Below are positions 32,125 through 45,769 of a DNA stretch of 64,000 nt, piece by piece. The stretch comes from an uncultured delta proteobacterium (GTDB lineage Bacteria; Desulfobacterota; Binatia; DP-6), in contig CAWFFN010000005.1 in assembly GCA_963815115.1 (NCBI GenBank), forward strand, positions 992,001 to 1,056,000, read 5' to 3'. The translations under genes were made by a program, and so were the position numbers. The notes below the pieces were generated by a model. It was not told the origin of the DNA, searched no databases, and was given only the letters and a program-made list of their open reading frames with translations. Position 1 is the first letter of the stretch. Each line of letters begins with the position of its first letter.

Positions 32125-32520
32125 TCAGTCCTGCCGGCCGCGCAGCTCGATGAGCTCGATCTTGTAGCCGTTCGGATCTTCGATGAAGGCGATCGTCGAG
32201 CCGCCATGCTTCATCGGCCCGGGCTCACGCGTCACCTTCGCCCCGCGCGAGCGCAAGCCGTCGACCATCTCGTGGATGCCTTCCACGCCGAGGGCCACGT
32301 GGCCGTACGCGGTGCCGATCTCGTAGTGCTGCGTGTCCCAGTTGTGGGTGAACTCCAGGACGGTCTGCTCGCTCTCGGGGCCGTAGCCGACGAAGGCGAG
32401 GGTGAACCGCCCGGTCGGGTAGTCCTTCTTCCGGAGCAGCTTCATGCCGAGCACGTCGCAGTAGAAGCGCAGGGACTCGTCGAGGTCGTTCACGCGCAGC
32501 ATGGTGTGGAGCAGCCGCAT
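32125..32520 (-). CDS. gloA: Lactoylglutathione lyase (glyoxalase I)
   Basis: [43 protein letters not shown]. Confidence 0.95.
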   Translation of the reverse strand: MRLLHTMLRVNDLDESLRFYCDVLGMKLLRKKDYPTGRFTLAFVGYGPESEQTVLEFTHNWDTQHYEIGTAYGHVALGVEGIHEMVDGLRSRGAKVTREPGPMKHGGSTIAFIEDPNGYKIELIELRGRQD

Positions 32521-32543
32521 GGAGGTCGGATATAGGCCGATCG

Positions 32544-33437
32544 ATGCCGAGGGTCGAGTCCCCGCGCGGCCCTGCACGGGCGGCGAGTCCGCGGGTCAGG
32601 CGGCGTCGGCCCGCGATCGCGGGCATCGCCCTGATCGCCCTGGCGATCGTGGGCGCCGCCTGCGAGCGTGCCGCCTCGGAACGGCGCGACGCGGGCGTCG
32701 CCGCGAGCGCGGGCTGCCGCGCGGGGAGCCTGCCGGCAGCGAACGGCGCGCGGCAGGATCTGGAGGGTCGCACCTACCTCGTCGACGCGCCGGCTGCGCC
32801 GGCCGACGATCCCCTGCCGCTGGTGCTTGCGTTCCACGGCTTCCGGAGCAGCCCCGACGATCTGCGCGCAGGAACCGGGCTGTCGCAGCTGGCCCGGACG
32901 GAACGCTTCATTGCCGTGTACCCCGAGGGCCACGACGGTGTGTCACTCCTGGGCACCACCGGGCGCGGCTGGGATTTGCGGCCCGAGCAGACGCTCGACC
33001 GGGACTTCGTTCGCGCGCTGCTCGATCGGCTGCAGGGCGAGCGCTGCATCGACCGGCGCCGCATCTTCGCCACCGGCATGTCGAACGGCGGATTCTTCTC
33101 GAGCCTGCTCGGCTGTCAGCTCGCCGACCGGCTCGCGGCCGTGGCGCCGGTGGCGGGGGCCCTGGACCTCGGTACCTGCCGCGCCGCGCGGCCGGTGCCG
33201 ATCCTCCTGCTGTACGGGAGCCGCGATCCCATCGTGGCGCCCGACATGGTCGCGGGCGCGGTCACCTGGTGGGCCGAGCACAACGCCTGCCGCTCATCGG
33301 CGCCGAGCGACGGTTGCACGCGCTGGAGCGGCTGCGCCGCGGACGTCGTCGCCTGCGAGGGCACGCAGGGACACGCCTGGCCCTACGACGCCAGCGAGCG
33401 CATCTGGCGGTTCTTCGCCTCGCAGGCGCGTCCCTGA
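32544..33437 (+). CDS. Lipoprotein alpha/beta hydrolase (PHB depolymerase/LpqC-like esterase)
   Basis: VGAAC lipobox, [19 protein letters not shown] nucleophile, D-P-I-V, GHAWP. Confidence 0.8.
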   Translation: MPRVESPRGPARAASPRVRRRRPAIAGIALIALAIVGAACERAASERRDAGVAASAGCRAGSLPAANGARQDLEGRTYLVDAPAAPADDPLPLVLAFHGFRSSPDDLRAGTGLSQLARTERFIAVYPEGHDGVSLLGTTGRGWDLRPEQTLDRDFVRALLDRLQGERCIDRRRIFATGMSNGGFFSSLLGCQLADRLAAVAPVAGALDLGTCRAARPVPILLLYGSRDPIVAPDMVAGAVTWWAEHNACRSSAPSDGCTRWSGCAADVVACEGTQGHAWPYDASERIWRFFASQARP

Positions 33438-33485
33438 GCCATTTTCGATTGACAGGCGAGGGAGGGAGCACGTAGCTCGCTCTTC

Positions 33486-35105
33486 ATGAGGCTGCGCTAC
33501 GCTCGGCTCGTTCTCGCAATCGGCCTGCTCGCCGGCGCCTCCGTGGCGTCCGCCCGCGTGGTGCAGCCCTTCCCCTCCCACTTCCGGTGGGGGACGGCCA
33601 TCAGCGGCTTCCAGTCGGAGATGGGCGTCGGCGCCCCGGCCGATCCGACGACCGACTGGTGGGTCTGGGTTCACGACGCCGCGAACGTCTCGAGCGGCCG
33701 GGTGAGCGGCGAGCTGCCCGAGTCGGGACCGGGCTTCTACGATCTCTTCGCGCGCGACGCGGTGCTCGCCCGCAAGGGCCTCGGCAACGACACGCTTCGC
33801 CTCGGTATCGAGTGGAGCCGCATCTTCCCGACGTCGACCGCCGGGATCGATGCGTCGGGTGGCTTCACGCCGGCGGTGCTGGCCGCCCTCGACGCGATCG
33901 CCGACCCGATCGAGGTGGAACACTACCGCGAGGTGTTCGCGGCCCTGCGCCGGCGCGGGCTCGAGCCCATGGTGACCCTGAACCATTTCAGCCTGCCGCT
34001 CTGGCTGCATGACCCGATCGCCGTCCGCGACGCGTTCGCCGGAGTGAATCCGCTCACCGGCGGCGTCCCGCCCGGTCTCGAGCGGGCGGGCTGGCTCGAC
34101 CCCGCCATCGTCGGCGAGTTCGCGAAGTTCGCGGCGTACGCCGGCTGGAAGTTCGGCGATCTGGTCGACCTGTGGTGCACGATCAACGAGCCCGTCGTCA
34201 TCCTGGTGAGCGGGATGGTGAACGCGCCGGGGGTCGGAGGGAACTTCCCGCCCGGCATCTTCAATTTCGCGGCCGTGCTGCAGGCGATCCCGCAGCTCGT
34301 GACGGCCCACGCGCGTGCCTACGATGCGCTGCACGCCACGGACGACCTCGACGCGGACGGCGACGGAGTCGCGGTGGCGGCCGGGGTGGTGCACAACATG
34401 GTCGCCTTCGCCCCCAAGGACCCCGGGAATGCCCTGGACGTCGCCGGGGCGGCGCACGCCGACTATCTCTTCAACCGGGTCTACCCGACGGCGATCACCT
34501 CGGGCGCGTTCGACGCCAACCTCGACGGTGACACGAGCGATCCGGGCGAGCAGCGGCCCGACCTCGCCGGCCGCAGCGATTTCCTGGGCGTCAACTACTA
34601 CCTGCGCGCGACGGCGACGGGACTCGGGTTCTCGGTGACGCCGCTCGTGCCGCTCTTCGATTTCCTCCCGACACAGTCCTACCAGACGCCGCAGAACCCG
34701 AGCGCGCCGCCGTGCCCCACAGTCTGTACGGACTTCGGCTGGGAGATCTATCCGCCCGGGCTGCGCGAGGTGCTCACGTTCGCGGGCTCGCTCGGCGTGC
34801 CCCTCTACGTCACCGAGAACGGCATCGCCGACGCGGCCGACGCAAAGCGCGCGCAGTACATCTTCGACCACCTCTCGACGTTGCAGGAGGTGATCGCAGA
34901 CGGCACCGCCGACGTCCGCGGCTACTTCCACTGGTCGCTCACCGACAACTTCGAGTGGTCGAGTGGCTACTTCCCGAAGTTCGGGCTGTACGCCTACGAC
35001 CCGGCCACCGGGAAGCGGCACCGCCGAGCCAGCGCGAAGGTGTTTCGGGCCATCGCCCGGCACCACGGCATCACCTCGAATCTGGCCAGGAAGTACGGCT
35101 CCTGA
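33486..35105 (+). CDS. Secreted glycoside hydrolase family 1
   Basis: Signal peptide; GFQSEMG, IEWSRIFP, TLNHF, INEP (acid/base), VTENG (nucleophile), WSLTDNFEW. Confidence 0.92.
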   Translation: MRLRYARLVLAIGLLAGASVASARVVQPFPSHFRWGTAISGFQSEMGVGAPADPTTDWWVWVHDAANVSSGRVSGELPESGPGFYDLFARDAVLARKGLGNDTLRLGIEWSRIFPTSTAGIDASGGFTPAVLAALDAIADPIEVEHYREVFAALRRRGLEPMVTLNHFSLPLWLHDPIAVRDAFAGVNPLTGGVPPGLERAGWLDPAIVGEFAKFAAYAGWKFGDLVDLWCTINEPVVILVSGMVNAPGVGGNFPPGIFNFAAVLQAIPQLVTAHARAYDALHATDDLDADGDGVAVAAGVVHNMVAFAPKDPGNALDVAGAAHADYLFNRVYPTAITSGAFDANLDGDTSDPGEQRPDLAGRSDFLGVNYYLRATATGLGFSVTPLVPLFDFLPTQSYQTPQNPSAPPCPTVCTDFGWEIYPPGLREVLTFAGSLGVPLYVTENGIADAADAKRAQYIFDHLSTLQEVIADGTADVRGYFHWSLTDNFEWSSGYFPKFGLYAYDPATGKRHRRASAKVFRAIARHHGITSNLARKYGS

Positions 35106-35204
35106 GGTCGTGGCCCACCGCGTAGGTCGTTCAATGCGCTGAAACTCTGTGGATATTTACGTTCAGGCTTGACTGTTTGTGTTCGGTCTGCTACGTCTCG
35201 CGGC

Positions 35205-35837
35205 GTGGGTCAGGCGGTAGCCGAGCGGGTGCGGCGCACCCAGGCCGAGCGCAGCGCGGCCACGAGGGCGCGTCTCCTCGATGCCACCCTCCAGTGCGTG
35301 TGCGACCTCGGCTACGCCCGGACCACCACCCCGGAGATCGCGCGCCGTGCCGGCCTGTCGCGCGGCGCCCAGCTTCACCACTATCCCACCAAGGCCGAGC
35401 TGGTCGCGGGCGCCATCGAGCACCTCGTCGAGCGCCGCAACCGCGAGTTCCGCGAAGCGTTCGCCCGGGTGCCGGCGGGTGCGGATCGCTATGCCGCGGG
35501 CATCGACATCCTGTGGTCGATGCTCTGCGGTCCCACGGCCGATGCGTGGCGCGAGCTCGCCCTGGCTTCGCGGACGGATCCCGAGCTGCGGCCACGGGTG
35601 GCGGAGCTGACGACCTACATGCGCGAGGTGGTCGAGCAGACGTTCCGTGACCTGTTCCCGCAGTCCGCCGCGGACAACCCGTTCTTCGCCGTCGCGCCGA
35701 GCTTCGTGCTGGCGCTGCTCGACGGCCTCGCCGTGGGCCGCGTCGCGAGCGGTGACGACGCGCACGCCGCGCAGGTGATCGACGCCCTGAAAGCCCTCGC
35801 CCGCCTCGTGATGCCGCCGGCATCCAGCGCGCCGTGA
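35205..35837 (+). CDS. TetR-family transcriptional regulator
   Basis: RRTQAERSAATRARLLDA..GYARTT..IARRAGLSRGAQLHHYPTK. Confidence 0.92.
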   Translation: MGQAVAERVRRTQAERSAATRARLLDATLQCVCDLGYARTTTPEIARRAGLSRGAQLHHYPTKAELVAGAIEHLVERRNREFREAFARVPAGADRYAAGIDILWSMLCGPTADAWRELALASRTDPELRPRVAELTTYMREVVEQTFRDLFPQSAADNPFFAVAPSFVLALLDGLAVGRVASGDDAHAAQVIDALKALARLVMPPASSAP

Positions 35838-35851
35838 GGAAGGAGACGACC

Positions 35852-36868
35852 ATGCCGACCCCTAGCGGAGCAATGCTCGGCACCGCCTACCTGGTCCCCG
35901 AGGAGGAACGGCGCCACCCCGCGCGGCGGGCCCGCTCGGAGAGCTATCCGGAGCTGGTGGCCCGGCTCAGCCAGCAGTCGGTCGTGAAGCACTTCGACGC
36001 CTACGCCGACATCGCCTGGGACAGCCCCGAGTTCCACATCGACCCCGACGATCCGCGCTGGGAGCTGCCGCCCGACGACGTGCTCGGCGCGACCGAATGG
36101 TACCGGAGCCAGCCGCCGGGAGTTCGCTCCCGTCTCGGCCTCCACATGATGGCCACGTTCATGAAGATCGGTCTCCAGTTCGAGGGAGTGCTCAAGCGGG
36201 GCCTGCTCGAGTTCGCCCTGCGCCTCCCCAACGGCTCGCCCGAGTTCCGCTACGCGTATCACGAGGTCATCGAGGAGGCGCAGCACTCGCTGATGTTCCA
36301 GGAGTTCGTCAATCGCACGGGCTACGACATCGGCGGCCTGGCGTGGTGGCAGCGTGTGGGCGCCCGGCTGGTGATCCGCCTCGGCCGCGTCTTTCCGGAG
36401 CTGTTCTTCGTCTTCGTCCTCGGCGGGGAAGACCCGATCGACCACGTGCAGCGCACGGCCCTGCGCAGCGGCCGGGAGCTGCACCCCCTCCTGCGCCGCA
36501 TCATGCAGATCCACGTCACCGAGGAGGCCAGGCACCTCTGCTTCGCGCGTAACTATCTCCGCGAGCACGGCGAGCATCTCGGTCCCGTCGGGCGATTCGG
36601 TCTGGCCCTGGGGGCGCCGCTCATCCTCGCCCTCATGGCACCGCTGATGATGCGGCCGTCCGAGCACGTCGTCCGCACCTACGGCATCCCCCGAAGCGTG
36701 ATCCGTGAGGCCTATACGCACAACCCGGCTCACCGCTCGCGCGTGCACGAGGCGCTCGGCAAGGTACGCGACCTCTGCCTCGAGCTCGGTCTCGTGACGC
36801 CGGTGTCGCGGCGTCTCTGGCAGGTCCTTGGCCTCTGGGAACCGGTCGGGCTCGGCCTCACCGCCTGA
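35852..36868 (+). CDS. AurF-like diiron oxygenase
   Basis: AAGGAG RBS; QFEGVLK, HEVIEEAQHSLMF, GGEDPID, IHVTEEARH diiron ligand motifs. Confidence 0.85.
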   Translation: MPTPSGAMLGTAYLVPEEERRHPARRARSESYPELVARLSQQSVVKHFDAYADIAWDSPEFHIDPDDPRWELPPDDVLGATEWYRSQPPGVRSRLGLHMMATFMKIGLQFEGVLKRGLLEFALRLPNGSPEFRYAYHEVIEEAQHSLMFQEFVNRTGYDIGGLAWWQRVGARLVIRLGRVFPELFFVFVLGGEDPIDHVQRTALRSGRELHPLLRRIMQIHVTEEARHLCFARNYLREHGEHLGPVGRFGLALGAPLILALMAPLMMRPSEHVVRTYGIPRSVIREAYTHNPAHRSRVHEALGKVRDLCLELGLVTPVSRRLWQVLGLWEPVGLGLTA

Positions 36869-36893
36869 TCGCGCCAGCAGACTCGATTCACCC

Positions 36894-36923
36894 TTGACGG
36901 CCGCGGCCGATGCGGCGTAGCGT
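36894..36923 (+). promoter_or_regulatory. Candidate sigma70 promoter for the radical SAM gene
   Basis: TTGACG-N18-TAGCGT. Confidence 0.5.
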
Positions 36924-37005
36924 CCTCTTCCACGGGGAGCGAGTGCCCAGCGCACGGCCGCTGCTGGTGCGCTCGCCGGCCGCGGCCGGCCCCGGAAGGG
37001 ACGAC

Positions 37006-38604
37006 ATGGCGCGGATCGCGTTCATCAAGGTGTTCACCGGCCTCCAGATGGGGGTGGCGCAGCTCTCCGGAGAGCTGCAGCGGGCCGGCCACCAGAGCTT
37101 GATCATCTATTTCAAGGACTACGTCTTTGCCCCCGATGCCGAGCGCGAGCAGTACTGCCAGAGCGAGCTGGGGGGTGCCTACGTCGCTGCCCGCGGCAAG
37201 CTCGTCAACGGCAACCTGTACAAGGCGTTCAGCGAGGCCGAGTACGACCTGCTGGTCGACACGCTGAAGCGGTTCAAGCCCGATCTGATCGGCTTCAGCC
37301 TCTGCTCGGTACCGCTCCGCGAAGTCGCGCAGGTGACCGAGCGCGTCCGCGCCGCGTTCCCGGGCCTGCCCGTCATCTGGGGAGGCGTCGGACCGACTCT
37401 CGAACCCGATCGCTGCCTCGAATGGACCGACATGGTCTGCGTCGGCGAGGCCGACGAGTCGATCGTCGAGATCGCCGAGCGGTTGGACGCCGGCGCGTCC
37501 CTCGTCGGCGTCCCCAACGTCTGGGTGAAGCAGGCGAACGGAGAGATCGCCAAGGGTTCCAACCGCCCGCTGATCGACGTCGACCGGACCGCCATGCCGG
37601 ACTACGACCGGTCGCGCTCGGTCTGGATCAACGACGACCGCCGCGAGTGGAACGTCTACCCGCACAGCATGGCGCGGCAGTACCACATGATGACCCAGCG
37701 CGGGTGCCCCTACTCGTGCTCGTTCTGCGTCGAGAGCTGGTACCAGGACCAGCACGGCAAGTCGGCGTCGCTCCGCCGCATGTCGGTGGACCGTGCCCTG
37801 GAGGAGCTGCGCATCGCCAAGGAGCGCTACCAGCCGCTCGGGGTCATGTTCTACGACGACGTCTTCACGGTGAACCCGCGCTGGCTGCGCGAGTTCGCCC
37901 CGCGCTACAAGGAGGAGATCGGGCTGCCGTTCTGGTGCTACACGTACCCGCGCTCGACCCGCAAGGAAGACATCGAGCTGCTGCGCGACGCCGGTTGCGT
38001 GTCGATGACCATGGGCGTCCAGTCGGGCAGCGATACCGTGCTTCGCGAGTACAACCGCCCGGTGGATGGAGACATCAGCATCCGGGCGGCGCAGATCATC
38101 GTCGATGCCGGCATCCAGGGGCTCTTCGACCTCATGACGATGAGCGAGTACGAGACCGAAGAGACCTGCCGCGAGACCTTCGAGTTCCTGATGCGCTTCC
38201 CGAAGGGGATGAAGACCGTCGGCTTCTATCCGATGAACCTCTTCCCGAACTACAGCTACACGCTCAAGGTCCAGGCGAGCGATCGCAAGCCCGCCTTGAC
38301 TCCCGAGCAGTACGAGTACTGGCACAAGCTCTACCTGCTGACCCGCACGGAACTGCCGCGCCCGCTGGTCCGCGCCCTCAGCCGCTCCCGGCTCGTGCGA
38401 CGGTTCCCGCGCGTTCTCGAGCCGCTCCTGCCCGACAAGCTGCCGTTCTTCTGGCTCGACAACGGCGCCATGGATCTCGAGAACGCGACCCTCAAGCTGA
38501 CGGACGCGAGCGGGCGGGTGAGCGGTGAAGAGGAGATGAAGGTCCCGGAGTGGTTGCGCGCGTCGGCCAAGGCTCCGACCGTGGAGGCGCGACTCGACGC
38601 CTGA
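37006..38604 (+). CDS. B12-binding domain radical SAM protein (class B-like)
   Basis: PDLIGFS..IWGGVGPT..VGEAD cobalamin-binding region; RGCPYSCSFC; YDDVF; GVQSG. Confidence 0.88.
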   Translation: MARIAFIKVFTGLQMGVAQLSGELQRAGHQSLIIYFKDYVFAPDAEREQYCQSELGGAYVAARGKLVNGNLYKAFSEAEYDLLVDTLKRFKPDLIGFSLCSVPLREVAQVTERVRAAFPGLPVIWGGVGPTLEPDRCLEWTDMVCVGEADESIVEIAERLDAGASLVGVPNVWVKQANGEIAKGSNRPLIDVDRTAMPDYDRSRSVWINDDRREWNVYPHSMARQYHMMTQRGCPYSCSFCVESWYQDQHGKSASLRRMSVDRALEELRIAKERYQPLGVMFYDDVFTVNPRWLREFAPRYKEEIGLPFWCYTYPRSTRKEDIELLRDAGCVSMTMGVQSGSDTVLREYNRPVDGDISIRAAQIIVDAGIQGLFDLMTMSEYETEETCRETFEFLMRFPKGMKTVGFYPMNLFPNYSYTLKVQASDRKPALTPEQYEYWHKLYLLTRTELPRPLVRALSRSRLVRRFPRVLEPLLPDKLPFFWLDNGAMDLENATLKLTDASGRVSGEEEMKVPEWLRASAKAPTVEARLDA

Positions 38605-38623
38605 TCCCCCGCCGGGGGACGGC

Positions 38624-38668
38624 TTGACAGCTCGGAATCCATCGTCCATCCTTATATCAGGATGGACG
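38624..38668 (+). promoter_or_regulatory. Promoter and perfect inverted repeat upstream of the ArsR-methyltransferase gene
   Basis: TTGACA at 38624; CGTCCATCCT-TATATC-AGGATGGACG at 38643-38668. Confidence 0.65.
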
Positions 38669-38669
38669 G

Positions 38670-39608
38670 ATGATGTCCGGCCTGGTTGCGACGACCGAGC
38701 TGCTGCACCTCTTCGGTGACCCCACCCGGGTGCGCCTGCTGGCATTGCTCGCGCAGCACGAGCTGACCGTGGCCGAGCTGACCGGCATTCTGGAGGTTGC
38801 GCAGTCGCGCGTGTCGACCCACCTGGGGCGGCTTCGTGAGGCGGGGTTGCTGCGGGATCGGCGTAACGGCGCCTCCACCGTCTACGCGCTGAACGACGGC
38901 GCGATGCCGCCGGAGGCCCGCGGGCTGTGGTCGCTTCTCGAGCGCCAGATCGACGACGCCGTGCTGGCGACGGACGCACGGCGCTGCGAAGCGCTGCTGC
39001 GCGCGCGCGACGAGGGGACCGGGTGGCCGGACGCGGTCGCCGGGCACATGGAGCGTCACTACTCGCCCGGCAGGACCTGGGAGGCGACGGCACGGGCGTT
39101 TCTCGGCCTCGTTCGCCTCGGAGACGTTCTCGACGGCGGTTCCGGCGACGGGGCAATCGCGCAGCTCGTGGCCCCGCGCGCCCGCAGCGTCACGTGTCTC
39201 GATCGGAGTCCGCGCGTCCTGGGCGCCGCCCGCGAACGGCTGGCCCGGGTGCCCAACGTCCGCTACCTGCTCGGCGACCTCGAGGCGATCCCGGCCGGCG
39301 CCGAGCGCTTCGATCACGTCCTGCTGTTCAACGTCCTCACCATCGCCCGGCAGCCGGCGCGCCTGGTGGCCGAGGCCACGCGGGTCCTGCGTCGCGGAGG
39401 CGGGCTCACCCTGGTCGCGCTCGACGCGCATCAGCACGCGGACGTGACTGGCCGCTACGGCCACGTGCACCCCGGCTTCAAGCCGGCCGTCGTGCGCCGC
39501 CTGCTCGCGCAGGCCGGACTCGCGGTCGACGCCTGCGAGATCACGTCGCGCGAGCGCCGGCAGCCCCACTTCCAGGTGATCACCGCGTTCGCCCGCAAGG
39601 CCGCGTAA
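38670..39608 (+). CDS. ArsR-HTH/SAM-methyltransferase fusion regulator (SahR-like)
   Basis: [26 protein letters not shown]; HYSPGRTWE; LDGGSGDG; directly upstream of metH. Confidence 0.85.
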   Translation: MMSGLVATTELLHLFGDPTRVRLLALLAQHELTVAELTGILEVAQSRVSTHLGRLREAGLLRDRRNGASTVYALNDGAMPPEARGLWSLLERQIDDAVLATDARRCEALLRARDEGTGWPDAVAGHMERHYSPGRTWEATARAFLGLVRLGDVLDGGSGDGAIAQLVAPRARSVTCLDRSPRVLGAARERLARVPNVRYLLGDLEAIPAGAERFDHVLLFNVLTIARQPARLVAEATRVLRRGGGLTLVALDAHQHADVTGRYGHVHPGFKPAVVRRLLAQAGLAVDACEITSRERRQPHFQVITAFARKAA

Positions 39609-39615
39609 GGAGAGC

Positions 39616-43320
<3,705 letters not shown>

Positions 43321-43325
43321 AAGCG

Positions 43326-43352
43326 TCGACCCGAGACTTCGTCTCGGGTCGA
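43326..43352 (+). terminator. 12-bp perfect hairpin after metH
   Basis: TCGACCCGAGAC-TTC-GTCTCGGGTCGA, 5 bp after the stop codon. Confidence 0.6.
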
Positions 43353-43523
43353 AAGCTGAGGCGAGGGTGGGGCGTTCGGTGCGTCGGGCGAAGGCCGTGC
43401 CGCGGCCGGCAAAGCCGGCGCGGCAGACTCGGCCAGGCCTGCTGCTCGAGCCGACCTCGCCGCCGGCGAGCGGGCCGACGATCCGAGCTTGTTCGATGTG
43501 GGCCCGGAGGCCAACATGCGCCG

Positions 43524-44492
43524 ATGACCCGGAACGCGCCGGTCGAGGCCGCCGAGCCGGTGGGGCTCCGCGACCACGCGGTGGGCACCCGGCGCTGGAC
43601 GGCGCTGCGCCGGGCCGTTCGACGGCCGCGCCGCTTCGTCGGCGGGCTCGCGTCCCACATCGCGACGGATGGCCTCACCACGCTCGCCGCGGCGCTGTCC
43701 TACTACTTCTTCTTCTCGCTCTTCCCGTTCGTGCTCTTCGTGCTCGCGCTGATCACGTTCATGCCGGGCGTCGAGGGCCTGCAGCTCTGGCTGCTGCAGT
43801 GGCTCGCGCAGGTGGTGCCCGGCCAGGCGTACGAGACGCTCGCGGGCGTCATCAACGGACTCCTCTCGCAGCCCCGCGGCGGCATCCTCTCGCTCGGTGC
43901 CGTGCTCGCGCTGTGGAGCGCCTCGAGCGCGTTCGCCGGCCTGATGAGCGCCCTCAACGTGGCCTACGGCGTTCGCGAGCGCCGGCCCTGGTGGAAGGTG
44001 CGGTTGCTCGCCATCGGGCTCACCGTCGCGCTGTCGTTCTTCATGATACTGGCCTTCGTCCTGGCGGTCGGCAGCGGACCGCTGGCCGCTTGGGTGGCGG
44101 AGCAGCTCGGGCCGGTCGGCGGCATTGCCCTGCTCGTGGCAAACTGGCTCGTCGTCCTCGGGGCGATCACGCTGGTGATCGCCAGCGTGTATCACTTCTG
44201 TCCCGACGTCGACTTGCCGTGGCGCTGGTTCTCGCCTGGATCGGTCCTCTTCACCCTCGGTTTCGGCGCGACGACGGTGGCCTTCTCCTACTACGTCGCC
44301 CGCTTCGGCTCCTTCGACAAGACCTACGGCTCGCTCGGCGCGGTGATCATCCTGCTCGTGTGGATGTATTTGCTGGCGCTCTTCATGCTGCTCGGCGGAG
44401 AGGTGAATGCCTACCTCGACCGGGAGATGGACCAGGAGGCGGCCGCCGCGGCCGCGGTGCCGCCTGCCCCGGGACTGGAAGCAGACGCCTAG
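43524..44492 (+). CDS. YihY/BrkB family inner membrane protein
   Basis: AAALSYYFFFSLFP, LWSASS, LNVAYG, TYGSLGAVIILLVWMY..GGEVN. Confidence 0.9.
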   Translation: MTRNAPVEAAEPVGLRDHAVGTRRWTALRRAVRRPRRFVGGLASHIATDGLTTLAAALSYYFFFSLFPFVLFVLALITFMPGVEGLQLWLLQWLAQVVPGQAYETLAGVINGLLSQPRGGILSLGAVLALWSASSAFAGLMSALNVAYGVRERRPWWKVRLLAIGLTVALSFFMILAFVLAVGSGPLAAWVAEQLGPVGGIALLVANWLVVLGAITLVIASVYHFCPDVDLPWRWFSPGSVLFTLGFGATTVAFSYYVARFGSFDKTYGSLGAVIILLVWMYLLALFMLLGGEVNAYLDREMDQEAAAAAAVPPAPGLEADA

Positions 44493-45022
44493 CGCCGCCA
44501 GAGGGCGACGGCCTCGGCGAAGCGCCGGCGTTCCTCCGCGCTCTGGCCCGGGTTCAGGTCGGGATGGTTCTCCTTCAGGAAGCGCCGCCACGCCACCAGG
44601 AACCTGGTGCGCGTCACGTTCTGCGGCAGCCGTAGCAGGCGAAGCAGCTTCTCGGGTTGCTTCGCGAGGGGCTCCCTCGAGCGCGATGCGCGCGCCGCCG
44701 GCTTGCGTGTGCGCGAACGCGGCTCCGACCAGCGCTCGGCGATGTCGAGCCACCAGCGGAAGTCCCGGACCACCTCGGCGTAGGTGGGCTCCTTGCGCCA
44801 CGTCGGCGGGAACCACTCGCGATGGAGGCGGCCGAGAAAGCCCTCGAGGCGGAGAGCGAGCTCGGCGGGCATGCGGCCCTGGTAGCGCGCGAGCGCGAGC
44901 AGCAACGCGTCGGCTTCGCGCTGGTAGAAGGAACGGTGCAGCGTCCAGCGCACGTGGACCGCCTTGCCCAGCCAGGGACGAAGGCGCTGCAAGAGCGCAC
45001 GTGCGGAGGTCGCGAGTGGCAT
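44489..45022 (-). CDS. Hypothetical protein with C-terminal J-domain-like segment
   Basis: AWRRFLKENHPDLNP..EERRRFAEA (HPD motif). Confidence 0.6.
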   Translation of the reverse strand: MPLATSARALLQRLRPWLGKAVHVRWTLHRSFYQREADALLLALARYQGRMPAELALRLEGFLGRLHREWFPPTWRKEPTYAEVVRDFRWWLDIAERWSEPRSRTRKPAARASRSREPLAKQPEKLLRLLRLPQNVTRTRFLVAWRRFLKENHPDLNPGQSAEERRRFAEAVALWRR

Positions 45023-45162
45023 GTGATGCCCGCCCGGACGGAGGCGAGCCTCCCGGTGATGGCGTCCGCCGAGGTCCTTGTCAACGTGACGCCGCCACGG
45101 CTCCGGACGGCGGGCGAGGCAGCGATACCGCCGCGTGACGTGTGACGCGCGGTCCTCGTGGC

Positions 45163-45579
45163 TCAGGGCCCGTCAGCACGAAGCGGGATGAGTGCGCGCA
45201 GCCGGGCGTCGCGAAGGTAGAGCCCGCCCCAGATCAGCGCGCCGATGTAGGTCGGGAACAGGACATGGCTGAGGAGCGGATTCCCGACCCGCACGTGCAT
45301 GGCGACGGCGCCACCGAGATAGCCCGTGAGCAGGATCGCGCCGAGCACCGATGTTCGCGGAAATGCGTAGGCTGCGACGCAAACGAGGAGAAGGATCCCG
45401 ATGCCGGGATTCAGATCCAACGGAAATCCGAGCTGATTTGACGCCTCGACGACGGCCGAGATGCGCGTGAACTTCACCAGGCCATCGAAGAGGAGGAACG
45501 CCAGGGCCAAGCCGGTCATGATGCGGCCGGCCCAGAGGCGCGTGTCCGCGGGGGCGGCTGTTCGAGTGCCAGACTGCAT
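45163..45579 (-). CDS. DoxX-family membrane protein
   Basis: FLLFDG..K, PRTSVLGAILLTGYLGGAVAMHVR, WGGLYLRD. Confidence 0.85.
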   Translation of the reverse strand: MQSGTRTAAPADTRLWAGRIMTGLALAFLLFDGLVKFTRISAVVEASNQLGFPLDLNPGIGILLLVCVAAYAFPRTSVLGAILLTGYLGGAVAMHVRVGNPLLSHVLFPTYIGALIWGGLYLRDARLRALIPLRADGP

Positions 45580-45769
45580 GAGGGTTCTCCTTCCGGCTCG
45601 CTCCGGGCGGCGCCGAGCTCTACCTGATCGACGAACGGGGGAGCGGCAAATCGACCGCACGCGCGCCTGGTCGGGCGGCGCGGGCGAGCTTCGAGCCGAT
45701 TGTCTGCGAAGTGGTCGACTCGCTCACTGCGGATGGATGACGTGACCCGCGCGAGAAAGGTCAAAGCCG

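Noticed and set aside
35155-35185. TetR operator palindrome around TTGACT
   Set aside because: Arms ACGTTCAG and CTGTTTGT match only 5 of 8; plausible but too weak to call.
38605-38669. SAM or cobalamin riboswitch upstream of the metH operon
   Set aside because: The gap is only 65 bp, contains the promoter, and shows no recognisable aptamer consensus.
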